A stretch of 64,000 bases of DNA from Candidatus Sumerlaeaceae bacterium. Lineage in GTDB: Bacteria > Sumerlaeota > Sumerlaeia > Sumerlaeales > Sumerlaeaceae. Numbering within the stretch: the stretch's first letter is position 1; each line of letters begins with the position of its first letter. The position numbers and the translations under genes are program-made. Shown in pieces: positions 1 through 10,093 of the stretch. A model generated the notes under the pieces. That model was not told the origin of the DNA and ran no database searches. It saw only the letters and a list, made by a program, of their open reading frames with translations. The stretch lies in assembly GCA_049968255.1 (NCBI GenBank), contig JBMFRB010000001.1:397495-461494 (forward strand), read 5' to 3'.

Positions 1-107
1 GTCGTCACGCACGCGAGTGGGTGTGCCTTTTCATTGCCACCGCGCAACTGCGATAGCGCTTGCCCATCAGCCGCATTAGCCAGTTCAATCGTTGTCCGTA
101 TTTGGCT

Positions 108-123
108 CGGCACAAACTTTGAC
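108..123 (+). promoter_or_regulatory. Possible variant sigma54 (-24/-12) promoter upstream of the aldolase
   Basis: CGGCAC-AAACT-TTGAC gives GG-N10-GA (canonical is GG-N10-GC), about 80 bp upstream of ATG 205. Confidence 0.25.
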
Positions 124-204
124 TTGACCTTCGAGAGTGCCGATGCGTTTTCTTCCCAGCAACTGAGTCAGAGGGTAAAGCGAATTTTGCAGGCGCCACC
201 ATAC

Positions 205-1032
205 ATGGACGAGGCCCAAGCACGGCAAGCGCTCTGTGAAATAGGGCGCCGCGTGTGGCAGCGCGAGTACATTGCCTCCAACGATGGAAATTTTTCCGTG
301 CGTGTGGCTGACAACAGGATTCTTTGCACTCCGACGATGGTCAGCAAGGGGTTCATGCACCCGGATGAGCTGCCAGTAGTTGATTTGGACGGTAAGCACA
401 TCGCCGGGCCAAAACGTCCGACGAGTGAGATTCGAATGCATCTCGCAATCTACCGCGTGCGACAGGACGTGGGTGCAGTGGTTCACGTTCATCCACCTCA
501 TGCCACAGCGTTTGCGGTGGTACGACGCACCCTGCCGAAGTGCGTTCTTCCGGAAGTTGAAATTTTTCTCGGAGAAATTCCACTTGTTCCTTACGCTACG
601 CCTGGAACGCAGGAATTTGCTGAAAGTGCCGTACCGTTCGCACGTCAGTATAATGCTTTCTTGCTAACAAATCACGGTGCTGTCACGGTTGGTCAAGATC
701 CCTTCGAAGCTTACTATCGGATGGAGACCGTGGAGCAGTACTGCCGGATTCTGATCCTGGCCGCCAGTCTGGGGACTTTGCAATCGTTAGACACTTGCGC
801 GATGGCTGACCTGCTTCGCCTGCGTGAGAAGCTAGGGTACAAGGACCGGCGTCTTGCGCTGCCACCTGAGCAATGGTGCACGCCGGAAACCCCATCGGCT
901 GTCACAGGCTCGGGCGCTGTGAAATGTTCTGCGTCGGACACAACAAGCCACCAAGCGGTGCCGGCAAGAGGAGCATCGGAGGAACTGGTCGCGGAGATCG
1001 TTCGACGCGTGATTGATAGATTAGCTCATTAG
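205..1032 (+). CDS. Class II aldolase/adducin family (fuculose/rhamnulose-phosphate aldolase-like, PvmN-like) with C-terminal putative encapsulation peptide
   Basis: Motifs NDGNFS, PT-SKG, PTSEIRMH, VHVHPPHATAF, LLTNHG; ATG 205 preferred over TTG 34; low-complexity linker then SEELVAEIVRRVIDRLAH. Confidence 0.88.
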   Translation: MDEAQARQALCEIGRRVWQREYIASNDGNFSVRVADNRILCTPTMVSKGFMHPDELPVVDLDGKHIAGPKRPTSEIRMHLAIYRVRQDVGAVVHVHPPHATAFAVVRRTLPKCVLPEVEIFLGEIPLVPYATPGTQEFAESAVPFARQYNAFLLTNHGAVTVGQDPFEAYYRMETVEQYCRILILAASLGTLQSLDTCAMADLLRLREKLGYKDRRLALPPEQWCTPETPSAVTGSGAVKCSASDTTSHQAVPARGASEELVAEIVRRVIDRLAH

Positions 1033-1055
1033 CATATAAACAAAGGAGTTTCACT

Positions 1056-1958
1056 ATGATCGAGCCTACCCCGTTACTTGACATTCGTATAGGGACGCTC
1101 GTTCCCGGCCCTCGCGCGCCAGAGTACATTTCTCAAATTGTTGGCTACGGCTTCGAGAGTTTTAGCCTCACCTTTGGCAATGATGACGTGGAAATCGATT
1201 TGGTGACGCTGGCGCACCGGGTAAAAAAGGCCCTTGATGGCACGGGGGCTGTGATTAGCTCTCTCGGCGTCTTTGGAAATCCGTTAGGGCAAACGCCGCA
1301 AGACGAAAAGCTGCGCGAGCTTTTCGCACGGGCCATTGATTGTGCGCATCTGTTTGGTGCCGACATCGTGGCAGGATTTGCAGGACGTGTGTCAGGGGCC
1401 TCAATTCCTGATTCTATTCCGCGCTTTGCTGAAGTTTTTCGCCCGCTCGCAAAGCGTGCAGCGGACCGCGGCGTGCGCATCGCCTTTGAAAATTGTGCGA
1501 TGGGTGGCAATTGGTGGTCAGGCGACTGGAACATTGCCCATAATCCCGACGCATGGGAACTGATGTTTGACGCACTTCCTGATGAAAATCTTGGTCTCGA
1601 GTGGGAACCCTGTCACCAGCTCGTGCAGCTCATTCAGCCAATCCCGCAACTGCGCCAATGGGAGAAAAGAATTTTCCACCTGCACGGCAAAGATGCGACG
1701 ATTCGGTGGGACGTCATCCACAGGCATGGTATACAAGGCGCTGTGGCGTGGTGCTTCCACCGAACGCCCGGCTTTGGCGACACCAACTGGGCAGATGTGA
1801 TCAGCGAATTGCGCATGGGCGGATTTCGCGGCTCAATTGACATCGAGGGGTGGCATGATCCCGTGTACCGGGAAGAGCTTGAGATGACAGGGCAGGTGCA
1901 TGCACTCGAATACCTCAAGTGGTGCCGAGGTGGCACCTACGTGCCCAATCCACGCTAG
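1056..1958 (+). CDS. Sugar phosphate isomerase/epimerase (xylose isomerase-like TIM barrel, AP endonuclease 2 family)
   Basis: IAFENC, LEWEPCH, HLHGKD, RTPGFGD, IDIEG metal-site pattern; RBS AAGGAG upstream. Confidence 0.85.
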   Translation: MIEPTPLLDIRIGTLVPGPRAPEYISQIVGYGFESFSLTFGNDDVEIDLVTLAHRVKKALDGTGAVISSLGVFGNPLGQTPQDEKLRELFARAIDCAHLFGADIVAGFAGRVSGASIPDSIPRFAEVFRPLAKRAADRGVRIAFENCAMGGNWWSGDWNIAHNPDAWELMFDALPDENLGLEWEPCHQLVQLIQPIPQLRQWEKRIFHLHGKDATIRWDVIHRHGIQGAVAWCFHRTPGFGDTNWADVISELRMGGFRGSIDIEGWHDPVYREELEMTGQVHALEYLKWCRGGTYVPNPR

Positions 1959-1982
1959 AGGCGGTGTGGAACGATTTAGCGG

Positions 1983-2981
1983 TTAGCCGCGCGCAAATGC
2001 TGCGTCAAATGCGCGCGCCGACGGTGGAAAATCGAGACGTCTTACAAAGGCGCATGCTTCGCGCGCGCCGTGGACACGGTCCATGCCAGCATCCTCCCAT
2101 TCCACGGAAAGCGGGCCATTATAGCCGATCTCATTGAGTGCGCGAATAATGGATTCAAAATCCACACGCCCGCGGCCGAGAGAACGAAAATCCCAGTAGC
2201 GTCGCGCGTCTCCAAATTCGAGATGTCCACCGAAAACGCCACTCTGGCCGGGCACATGCGACCACCAGACGTCTTTCATGTGAACGTGAAAAATCCTGTC
2301 CGGAAAACGACGCAGAAATGCGACGTAGTCGACGCCCTGATAGGCAAGATGACTAGGATCGAAATTAAACCCGAAAGCGGGATGCTGGCCGACCGCGTCA
2401 AGGGCACGCTGGGCAGTCACAATGTCGAAGGCGATCTCGGTGGGATGTACTTCCAGCGCGAAGCGCACTCCGCACGCCTGAAACTCATCGAGAATGGGCA
2501 ACCACCGCTGTGCAAAATCAGCAAAGCCCCGCTCAATCGCGTCTGCGGCAACCGGCGGAAAACTGTAGAGGAGAGGCCAAATGCTGCTGCCGGTGAACCC
2601 GTTGACCACCGTAACGCCGAGTGCTGCAGCCGCGCGGGCAGTGAGTTTCATTTCTTCCGCTGCCCGCTGACGTACGCCCTCGGGATCGGCATCGCCCCAG
2701 ACGTGCAGCGGTAGGATTGCACCATGCCTTTCGTCTATGCGATCGCACACTGCTTGACCTACAAGATGGTTCGCGATGGCCCAAACTTTGAGGCCTTGCT
2801 GCTCAAGAATCTTGCGCTGATGCGTCAGGTATGCCGAATCAGAGACGGCTTTACGGACATCGAAATGATCCCCCCAGCAGGCGAGTTCGACTCCGTCGTA
2901 GCCCATGTCGCGCGCAAGCCGAGCGAGCTCTGCCAGCGGCAGATCGGCCCATTGTCCTGTGAATAGTGTTATTGGCCGCAT
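1983..2981 (-). CDS. Sugar phosphate isomerase/epimerase (IolE/MocC-like TIM barrel)
   Basis: [42 protein letters not shown]; start at MRPITLF with GAGG upstream. Confidence 0.85.
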   Translation of the reverse strand: MRPITLFTGQWADLPLAELARLARDMGYDGVELACWGDHFDVRKAVSDSAYLTHQRKILEQQGLKVWAIANHLVGQAVCDRIDERHGAILPLHVWGDADPEGVRQRAAEEMKLTARAAAALGVTVVNGFTGSSIWPLLYSFPPVAADAIERGFADFAQRWLPILDEFQACGVRFALEVHPTEIAFDIVTAQRALDAVGQHPAFGFNFDPSHLAYQGVDYVAFLRRFPDRIFHVHMKDVWWSHVPGQSGVFGGHLEFGDARRYWDFRSLGRGRVDFESIIRALNEIGYNGPLSVEWEDAGMDRVHGAREACAFVRRLDFPPSARAFDAAFARG

Positions 2982-3020
2982 GCGTATTTCCTCGCTTTCT
3001 TCAATTATCATGATCACTTG

Positions 3021-4193
3021 CTAGCCGGTGTAAGAAACGGGTGTCCATTTATGCTGCGTGCGAGCGCTGCGCAACACAGCATCCACGAAAGCCATAGCAC
3101 GCAAACCATCTTTGAGCGTCGGATAATCGAAGGCTGGCTCGACGATGTCGCCACGGCGGCTGCGCACTGCATCAGCGAAGTTGCGATAGAGGTTCGCAAA
3201 AGCTTCGAGGAAACCTTCAGGATGGCCTGCTGGCAAACGGCATGCGGCAAGCGCCGAGGGGCTAAGACGTGTGCCGTAACTCGTTCCGGCCCGAATGATC
3301 TCGCGCGCACGGTCGGCCCATTTGAGGATAAGTGTGTTGGGCTCTTCCTGATGCCACTCGAGTCCACCTTTTGTGCCGTAAACGCGAATGCAAAGCCCGT
3401 TTTCCTCATCAATAGCAACTTGGGAAGCGTGCAGCAGTCCACGAGCACCGTTGGCGAATCGCAGGAGAACGGCGGCATCGTCGTCAACACGCCGGCCCTC
3501 GACAAACGATGTGAGCTCAGCGCAAACTTCTGCAATCGGCTGAGCAGTGATGTATTCAGCGAGGTTTGCTGCGTGAGTGCCGATATCTCCGAGGCATCCA
3601 GCCGGACCGGCAATGGCCGGATCTGTGCGCCAAAGCGCCTGTTTTTGTCCCTCGCGTTCAATGGGAAAAGCCAACCACCCTTGCACATATTCCACGATCA
3701 CTTTGCGTGTCTGCCCGAGTGCTCCGGACATCACTAACTCGCGCGCATGTTTGACTAGCGGATAGGCCGTGTAGTTGAACGCCACGGCAAAAAGTACGCC
3801 CTGACGGCGGACGCACTCCTCGAGCGTGAGCGCTTGCTCGAGCGTTGTGGTGAGGGGCTTTTCGCACAAGACGTGAAAACCCGTCTCGATTGCCGCACGT
3901 GCGACCTCATAGTGAAGATGATTTGGGGTGACGATGGAGACGAAATCCATTCGCTCGCCTTCGGGCAACATCGCTTCAACTTCGAACATCTGGCGGTAGG
4001 TCGCATAAGCTCGGTCTGACGCAATTCCGAGCGACTGAGCGCTTGCGAGACTCCGCTCAGGAATGCTGCTGAACGCCCCACAAACGAGTTCGATGTTTCC
4101 GGCAAGGGCTGCCGCCATTCGGTGAACAGCACCAATGAAGGCGCCATCTCCCCCACCAACCATCCCCATTCGTATTTTGCTTATCGCGGCCAT
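3021..4193 (-). CDS. Gfo/Idh/MocA family NAD(P)-dependent oxidoreductase
   Basis: GMVGGGDGAFIG Rossmann motif, VTPNHLH, CEKP, GDIGTH, GHPEG. Confidence 0.9.
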   Translation of the reverse strand: MAAISKIRMGMVGGGDGAFIGAVHRMAAALAGNIELVCGAFSSIPERSLASAQSLGIASDRAYATYRQMFEVEAMLPEGERMDFVSIVTPNHLHYEVARAAIETGFHVLCEKPLTTTLEQALTLEECVRRQGVLFAVAFNYTAYPLVKHARELVMSGALGQTRKVIVEYVQGWLAFPIEREGQKQALWRTDPAIAGPAGCLGDIGTHAANLAEYITAQPIAEVCAELTSFVEGRRVDDDAAVLLRFANGARGLLHASQVAIDEENGLCIRVYGTKGGLEWHQEEPNTLILKWADRAREIIRAGTSYGTRLSPSALAACRLPAGHPEGFLEAFANLYRNFADAVRSRRGDIVEPAFDYPTLKDGLRAMAFVDAVLRSARTQHKWTPVSYTG

Positions 4194-4293
4194 TTCGAAC
4201 TGCTCCTGTGTTCAAAGGCAAACGCCAACTCAAGTCCTGCGCTTCACAGCTTGAGAATGAGCACGTGCCGGTGTGCGGAGTCAAATTGAGTTA

Positions 4294-4308
4294 TTGCAAC
4301 CAGTGCAA
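4294..4308. promoter_or_regulatory. Palindromic operator candidate upstream of the oxidoreductase operon
   Basis: TTGCA-ACCAG-TGCAA inverted repeat about 100 bp upstream of 4193, next to a minus-strand TTGACT hexamer (4279-4284). Confidence 0.3.
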
Positions 4309-4529
4309 AGATCCGCTCTCATTCGCGAAAAGACTACGAGGTCGCCCCCACCCATATGGCAGCGGCCAGCCGCGAGAGGAAGGCCGATGCTCCAGTGTGG
4401 CTTTTGGTGCGTTCTCTGCTCTGGCTCAGTTTTCGAAGGGCTCCGCTGCTAGGCTGTTGCGAAGGAACGGTGCGACGGGCTTGACGGCCTCGCGTGTCGC
4501 GCCTCCTCCATTGATCGCAACTCAATCAA

Positions 4530-5762
4530 TTAGTTTTTCTTTTCAAGTTCCTCGGCCAGCGTATCGTATTTGAAGATGGCGTGGTATTTGAATCCAGCTT
4601 TGCGCAGGATCTCGAGCTGACGCTGGTATGGGGGATGTGGGCTATAGAATTGCCCCACAGCAAGTCCCGGAATTGCCGCTACGGTCGAGCCTTTGTGGAC
4701 AGCGGCGACTTCAGCGAGCTCCTCTGCAAGTCCTTCTTCCGTGGGGCTATAGCACATTGGGGTGGAGAAGTCGAGGAGGCCGCGCCGCACCCATTCCATC
4801 CAATTTTGAAACTTGGGATTTTTTCCACGCTCTTTTTCGTAGCCTGGGAAATAGGCAGCAGAAACCGCAATGCGTCGGCCGAGTTGCGGACTCAGCAATC
4901 GAATGCGACTTGCAAGCTCATCCACCGTTTCGGTCACCATGCGCTCGCGGAACTCGACCCATTTCATCCAAGAGCTGTTGGGCCGGGTGTCGCGTTGCAG
5001 AGAACGTGGATCAAGGCCAGTTTCTCTCTGGAAACGCTCGATGGCCAGGGGATGGTAGCCAAAATCCGGCTCGGCGAAGGGGTAGCGCACATAGTCGAGG
5101 TTCACGCCTGCAATGGGACGCTGACACAGCTCGTCGATGAGTTGGGCTAACTTGCTGCGGACGCCAGGGTGAGCCGGCGAAACAAAGACGTATTCTTTCT
5201 CACCACTCTCGGGCGGCTTGTTTGTGCGCGAAATCTCGACCCAATCGGGATGCTGCCCCACCAACAGCGTTGTGCTGGTCATGGTCGATCGGCCGTAGTG
5301 CCAGAAGAAGGTATGGATCCAGGCGTGAACGCGCACGTTGTGCCGCGCGCCAATTTCACAGAAAATTTTGAGCCAGTCTTTTCCGTCCTTTGTCTTCGGG
5401 GGGAAGTTTTGCGACGGAAAGATGACTTCTCCTCCCCAGAAAGATTCAATGAAGCAGTTGCGGAATCCCCATTTTTCGAGGTTGCTCATGACCTTTTCCG
5501 CAACCTGCTCGTCGAAAGTGGGGCGCCACCACACGCCATTGCCGATCATGTCGGCGGTGAGGGGGCCGGACATCGGAAATACTAGGTCCAGAGTCGCTGT
5601 GGTTTGTCGCTGCGTCACGCTTGGTGCGGTAGTGTCGGCATCCAGCACATCGGGTTGGGCAAAAGCTAGGCCTATCCCCAGGCTGACCATCAACGAAACT
5701 CCAACACCGATTCGAATGAGTCGACACCAATTGCAAAGCCGTTGGGTTATCACATGTTCCAT
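4530..5762 (-). CDS. Exported family 10 glycosyl hydrolase-like protein (DUF187/YddW-like)
   Basis: Hydrophobic signal-like segment, VHAWI, HPDW, SPAHPGVR, GVNLDYVRYP, QNWMEW, PMCY; start uncertain (5762 or 5825). Confidence 0.75.
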   Translation of the reverse strand: MEHVITQRLCNWCRLIRIGVGVSLMVSLGIGLAFAQPDVLDADTTAPSVTQRQTTATLDLVFPMSGPLTADMIGNGVWWRPTFDEQVAEKVMSNLEKWGFRNCFIESFWGGEVIFPSQNFPPKTKDGKDWLKIFCEIGARHNVRVHAWIHTFFWHYGRSTMTSTTLLVGQHPDWVEISRTNKPPESGEKEYVFVSPAHPGVRSKLAQLIDELCQRPIAGVNLDYVRYPFAEPDFGYHPLAIERFQRETGLDPRSLQRDTRPNSSWMKWVEFRERMVTETVDELASRIRLLSPQLGRRIAVSAAYFPGYEKERGKNPKFQNWMEWVRRGLLDFSTPMCYSPTEEGLAEELAEVAAVHKGSTVAAIPGLAVGQFYSPHPPYQRQLEILRKAGFKYHAIFKYDTLAEELEKKN

Positions 5763-5961
5763 CGGTCCAATCCTCACAGAGTGATGTAATTTTTTTATAG
5801 CTGAAGTGTCATTCTTCAAATGCAAACGAAATCATACGCAAAGAGGAGGCCTGGGTTCTTGGGAAGGAAACGACTGACGTCCGAATGCGTGCACGATGTT
5901 GGGTTAGTGAATTTCAGACCATGCATTTCGCTAAAACAGCACGAACGATGTCCGACTTTTT

Positions 5962-7083
5962 ATGAGGAGAATCGACGCCATACTCGACAAAGCGGTGGCT
6001 GGCGAGAGGCTTAGCACGGAAGAAGCCTTGCAGCTGTTGCGCGAAGCGGAACTCCCACGGCTTGGGACGGCTGCCCACGCTGTGCGACTCCGCATGAACT
6101 CCCCGTCGCGCGTCACTTACATCATTGAGCGCAACCTCAACTACTCCAACATTTGTGCTGCCGATTGCGATTTTTGTGGATTCTATGCGAAGCCCCACGA
6201 AAAACAGCGCGCCTACGTTCTTACGCGGGAAGAGCTCGACGCGAAAATTCACGAGCTCGTTCGGGTGGGCGGACGCCAGATCCTCATGCAAGGGGGTTTG
6301 CATCCGTCGTTGTCTTTCGAGTGGTATGAAGATTTGCTTCGCCATATTAAACAACGTTTCGGCGTGCACATCCACGCCTTTTCGCCGCCAGAGATTCACT
6401 GGTTTGGGCGGCTGTTCAAAATGAGTTACCTTGAGGTGCTTCGTCGGCTACATGCGGCGGGGCTGGATTCGTTGCCGGGGGGTGGGGGCGAGATCCTCGT
6501 TGACCGTGTGCGCAAGCAAATCACGCGTAACAAGGCGTTGACTGAGGAATGGCTGGGGGTGATGCGGGCTGTGACCGAGTGCGGCATGCGCGGCACCGCC
6601 ACGATGATGTTCGGGCACGTGGAGACTCTGGAAGAACGCATTGAGCATCTGGCGCGGTTGCGGGAGCTGCAAGACGAGTGTGGCGTGTTTACCGCATTCA
6701 TCGCATGGACCTATCAAAAATCTCCCGACCTGCCACTGCAATGCCCGACCGCCGGCGCCCATGATTACCTGCGAACCCTCGCTGTGGCAAGGCTCTTCCT
6801 CGACAATATTCCTCACTTTCAAGCATCGTGGGTAACTCAAGGCGCGAAGATTGGCCAGATTTCGCTGTTCTTCGGTTGCGACGACATGGGCAGCACCATG
6901 ATCGAAGAGAACGTGGTGAGCGCCGCTGGGACAACGTACAAACTGGATGCTCACGAGATCGAGCGCCTGATCCGCGACGCCGGGTTTGAGCCACAGCGCC
7001 GCAACTTTTATTACGATTGGACCGATGAACCACGGCGCCCGTCGCTTGACGCTGTGGCCGCGGCTCCAGTGTCGCCAGGCTGA
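5962..7083 (+). CDS. mqnC: Cyclic dehypoxanthinyl futalosine synthase (radical SAM, futalosine menaquinone pathway)
   Basis: ERNLNYSNICAADCDFC (CxxxCxxC), LMQGGLHP, SLPGGGGEIL, TATMMFGHVE, QASWVTQG, GSTMIEENVV. Confidence 0.9.
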   Translation: MRRIDAILDKAVAGERLSTEEALQLLREAELPRLGTAAHAVRLRMNSPSRVTYIIERNLNYSNICAADCDFCGFYAKPHEKQRAYVLTREELDAKIHELVRVGGRQILMQGGLHPSLSFEWYEDLLRHIKQRFGVHIHAFSPPEIHWFGRLFKMSYLEVLRRLHAAGLDSLPGGGGEILVDRVRKQITRNKALTEEWLGVMRAVTECGMRGTATMMFGHVETLEERIEHLARLRELQDECGVFTAFIAWTYQKSPDLPLQCPTAGAHDYLRTLAVARLFLDNIPHFQASWVTQGAKIGQISLFFGCDDMGSTMIEENVVSAAGTTYKLDAHEIERLIRDAGFEPQRRNFYYDWTDEPRRPSLDAVAAAPVSPG

Positions 7084-7096
7084 CGCCACCGAAACG

Positions 7097-7879
7097 ATGA
7101 GGTCTTCAATGTCACTGGACAATGTGGAATTTGTTTTTTTTGACGTGGGGAATGTGTTTGTCTCCGATGACCCCGCCGCAGCTTTTCTCTATCGAAAGCT
7201 CTACGAGTATTTAGGAGGTGCGGAGCGATGGACGCCGGCGGAGTTTTTTGCTGAGCGCCTGAGGCACGTGGCCAAGGGCGGAAACTTATGGACGTTTGTG
7301 CGAACTCTTGTTCCGGAAGCTGACTTCGCCGGTTGGCGCCAACGCACGCGCAGCGAGCTCTTTTCGCAGTGGGAGCACTACTCGCCTGCGATTCCGGGGA
7401 TGCACGAGGTGGTCAAGGACCTCGCCGCTCATTACCGCATGGGGCTGATCGCTAACCAGCCGAGCAAGATACGTGAGGTCCTCAGCAAATATGGACTCTG
7501 GGATTTCTTTCAAGTGCACGCCATCAGCGAGGAACTCGGCATTGAGAAACCTGATCTCCGAATCTTCCAGTGGGCAATCGAGAAAGCTGGAGTGGAACCA
7601 TCCCATGCCCTCATGGTGGGAGATCGCGTAGACAACGACATCGCCCCAGCCCGCCGACTTGGAATGAAAGCATTATGGTTCTCGCTGAGCTTCGAGCAAC
7701 GCGGATGGCAGCCAACCGATGAGTTTGAACAGGCTTATGCTGAAAGTGTGAAACGCCACTGTGTGACAACAAGACCGCCGGCAGATAGCTGGGAGCAGCC
7801 GGATTTTTTAGCGCGCTCGCCCGAGCAACTTCTGAGCATCCTGCTGCCGGAAACGGACAGTGTTTCTGCCAAAGGCTGA
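7097..7879 (+). CDS. HAD-superfamily hydrolase
   Basis: FFDVGNV motif I, IANQ, EKPDLRIF, MVGDRVDND; start 7097 or 7109. Confidence 0.85.
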   Translation: MRSSMSLDNVEFVFFDVGNVFVSDDPAAAFLYRKLYEYLGGAERWTPAEFFAERLRHVAKGGNLWTFVRTLVPEADFAGWRQRTRSELFSQWEHYSPAIPGMHEVVKDLAAHYRMGLIANQPSKIREVLSKYGLWDFFQVHAISEELGIEKPDLRIFQWAIEKAGVEPSHALMVGDRVDNDIAPARRLGMKALWFSLSFEQRGWQPTDEFEQAYAESVKRHCVTTRPPADSWEQPDFLARSPEQLLSILLPETDSVSAKG

Positions 7880-7974
7880 GGCCCGCCTCTAAGAGCCTGC
7901 GTGAGAGGCAAGTTTGAGGAAGACTCCAATTTTATTTCTGCGGTTTTCGTCGGAGATGAAGCCTCTTGGGGCTT

Positions 7975-8015
7975 TATAAAACGAGAACGGGAGCGGCCGA
8001 GAATAGGCCGCTCCC
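7975..8015 (-). terminator. Rho-independent terminator of dnaK
   Basis: Perfect 10-bp stem GGGAGCGGCC (7989-7998) / GGCCGCTCCC (8006-8015), followed on the minus strand by GTTCTCGTTTT. Confidence 0.75.
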
Positions 8016-8043
8016 AAGTTCGAGGCGGGACGAGGAGTGAGTG

Positions 8044-9969
8044 TTACTTGTTTTCGTCCACGATTTCGCCCTCGACCACTTCCGGGCCAGAGCTACTCGA
8101 GGCGCTCGAAGACGCACCCGCCGTCGTGGACGATGAGCCGGTGCCCGCCGTCGCTCCTGCGGCGCCGCTAGAGGCTTGGCGATAGAGGTGCTCGCTGAGC
8201 TTATGGCTTGCGGCGTTCAGCCGCTCGATACCAGCTTTGACCTCTTCTTTGGTGCCGCTTTCGATTGCCTTCTTGAGGTCGCGGATAGCATCCTCAATGG
8301 CGAGCTTATCGGCACTATCGACTTTATCCCCAATCTCCTTGAGCGTCCGCTCGGTGCTGTAGACGAGGGCGTCGGCTTGATTGCGCAAGGCAATTTCTTC
8401 ACGTTTTGCCGCGTCTTCGGCCGCATGCTCCTCGGCGTCCTTGATCATCCGCTTGATCTCCTCCTCGGTCAGACCGCTTGAGGCCGTGATTTTGATGCTC
8501 TGCTCCTTGCCCGTGCCAAGGTCTTTGGCGCTCACGTGCAAGATACCGTTCGCATCAATGTCGAAAGTGACCTCGATCTGCGGCACACCTCGCGGAGCCG
8601 GCGGAATGCCGACCAAATCGAAGCGCGCGAGTGAGCGGTTATCCTTGGCCAACTCGCGTTCGCCCTGCAGCACGTGGATCGAGACAGCCGTCTGATTATC
8701 CGTGGCCGTGGAGAAGATTTCCGATTTGCGGCACGGAATGGTGGTGTTGCGCTCGATGAGCTTCGTGAACACACCGCCAAGCGTCTCGATTCCAAGCGAA
8801 AGTGGCGTGACGTCAAGCAGCAGCACATCCGAGACCTCGCCACCCAGCACGCCTGCTTGGATCGCCGCACCGATCGCGACCACCTCGTCCGGGTTGACGC
8901 CCTTGCAAGGCTCTTTCTTGAAGAATTCGCGGACTTTTTGTTGGACAAGCGGGATTCTGGTGGAACCGCCAACGAGGATGACCTCGTCGATGTCCTCGAC
9001 CTTGAGTCCGGCGTCTTCGAGAGCTTGCTTGCACGGCCCAATCGTGCGCTCGACAAGATCCATGATCAGCTGCTCGAACTTGGCCCGCGTGATGTCCATG
9101 TTGAGATGCTTGGGGCCGCTAGCATCTGCTGTGATGAAGGGCAAATTGATGTTTGTCTGCATGGCCGTCGAAAGCTCGCACTTGGCCTTCTCGCAGGCTT
9201 CCTTTAGACGCTGGAGCGCCATGGGATCCTGACGAAGGTCAATGCCTGTCTCTTTTTTGAACTCGTCGGCCACATAGTCGATCAGACGCTGATCGAAGTC
9301 ATCACCGCCAAGGTGCGTGTCGCCATTGGTGCTTTTGACCTCGAACACGCCTTCGCCGAGCTCGAGAATCGAGATGTCGAAGGTGCCACCTCCAAGGTCG
9401 TAGACCGCGATGGTCTCGTCCTTTTTCTTGTCGAGGCCATAGGCCAGCGCAGCCGCGGTCGGCTCGTTGATGATGCGTAGGACTTCAAGGCCGGCAATGC
9501 GCCCGGCATCTTTGGTTGCCTGGCGCTGCGAATCATTGAAGTAGGCCGGCACGGTGATAACGGCTTTGGTCACCCTTTCACCCAAATAATCCTCGGCCGT
9601 TTGCTTCATTTTCTGAAGGATACGGGCCGAAATTTCAGGCGGTGTATAAACTTTGCCCATCGCCTCCACCGCAGCATCACCGTTTTCCCGGCGAATGACC
9701 TTATATGGCACACGCTTGATCTCTTCCTGCACCTCGTCGTAGCGGCGGCCCATGAAGCGTTTAATGCTAAATATGGTGTTCTGCGGATTCGTGATGGCCT
9801 GGCGCTTGGCCACAGCTCCGACTAAAATCTCGCCATTCTTTGTAAAGGCGACAACCGACGGAGTGGTCCGCGAGCCTTCTGAGTTAGGGATGACGACAGG
9901 CTCGCCGCCTTCCATCACGGCCACGCAGCTGTTAGTAGTCCCCAAATCAATTCCGATGATCTTGCTCAT
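8044..9969 (-). CDS. dnaK: Chaperone DnaK (Hsp70)
   Basis: [57 protein letters not shown]. Confidence 0.99.
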   Translation of the reverse strand: MSKIIGIDLGTTNSCVAVMEGGEPVVIPNSEGSRTTPSVVAFTKNGEILVGAVAKRQAITNPQNTIFSIKRFMGRRYDEVQEEIKRVPYKVIRRENGDAAVEAMGKVYTPPEISARILQKMKQTAEDYLGERVTKAVITVPAYFNDSQRQATKDAGRIAGLEVLRIINEPTAAALAYGLDKKKDETIAVYDLGGGTFDISILELGEGVFEVKSTNGDTHLGGDDFDQRLIDYVADEFKKETGIDLRQDPMALQRLKEACEKAKCELSTAMQTNINLPFITADASGPKHLNMDITRAKFEQLIMDLVERTIGPCKQALEDAGLKVEDIDEVILVGGSTRIPLVQQKVREFFKKEPCKGVNPDEVVAIGAAIQAGVLGGEVSDVLLLDVTPLSLGIETLGGVFTKLIERNTTIPCRKSEIFSTATDNQTAVSIHVLQGERELAKDNRSLARFDLVGIPPAPRGVPQIEVTFDIDANGILHVSAKDLGTGKEQSIKITASSGLTEEEIKRMIKDAEEHAAEDAAKREEIALRNQADALVYSTERTLKEIGDKVDSADKLAIEDAIRDLKKAIESGTKEEVKAGIERLNAASHKLSEHLYRQASSGAAGATAGTGSSSTTAGASSSASSSSGPEVVEGEIVDENK

Positions 9970-10034
9970 AGTTCCTCAACCTTCTTCCGAGAGAATTTCA
10001 TGCGGAGTCCCCTGCTTCGGCCCCCGCGTCATTG

Positions 10035-10068
10035 TCCGCACTCCCCACCGCGGGGCAAGGAGTGCTAT
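10035..10068 (-). promoter_or_regulatory. CIRCE-like inverted repeat with abnormal 16-nt spacer, or a 5' UTR hairpin
   Basis: Minus strand ATAGCACTC-N16-GAGTGCGGA versus CIRCE TTAGCACTC-N9-GAGTGCTAA. Confidence 0.35.
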
Positions 10069-10077
10069 GTGGATGTG

Positions 10078-10093
10078 TGCAAATTAGGTGCCG
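10078..10093 (-). promoter_or_regulatory. sigma54 (-24/-12) promoter of dnaK
   Basis: Minus strand CGGCAC-CTAAT-TTGCA with exact GG-N10-GC spacing; AT-rich IHF-like sites just upstream (10120-10145). Confidence 0.65.

Noticed and set aside
34-204. 57-aa N-terminal extension of the aldolase in the ORF track
   Set aside because: Family similarity starts at Met 205; the extension begins with TTG and overlaps likely promoter sequence
8176-9232. Several plus-strand ORFs antisense to dnaK
   Set aside because: Well-known antisense-frame artefact of GC-rich hsp70 genes
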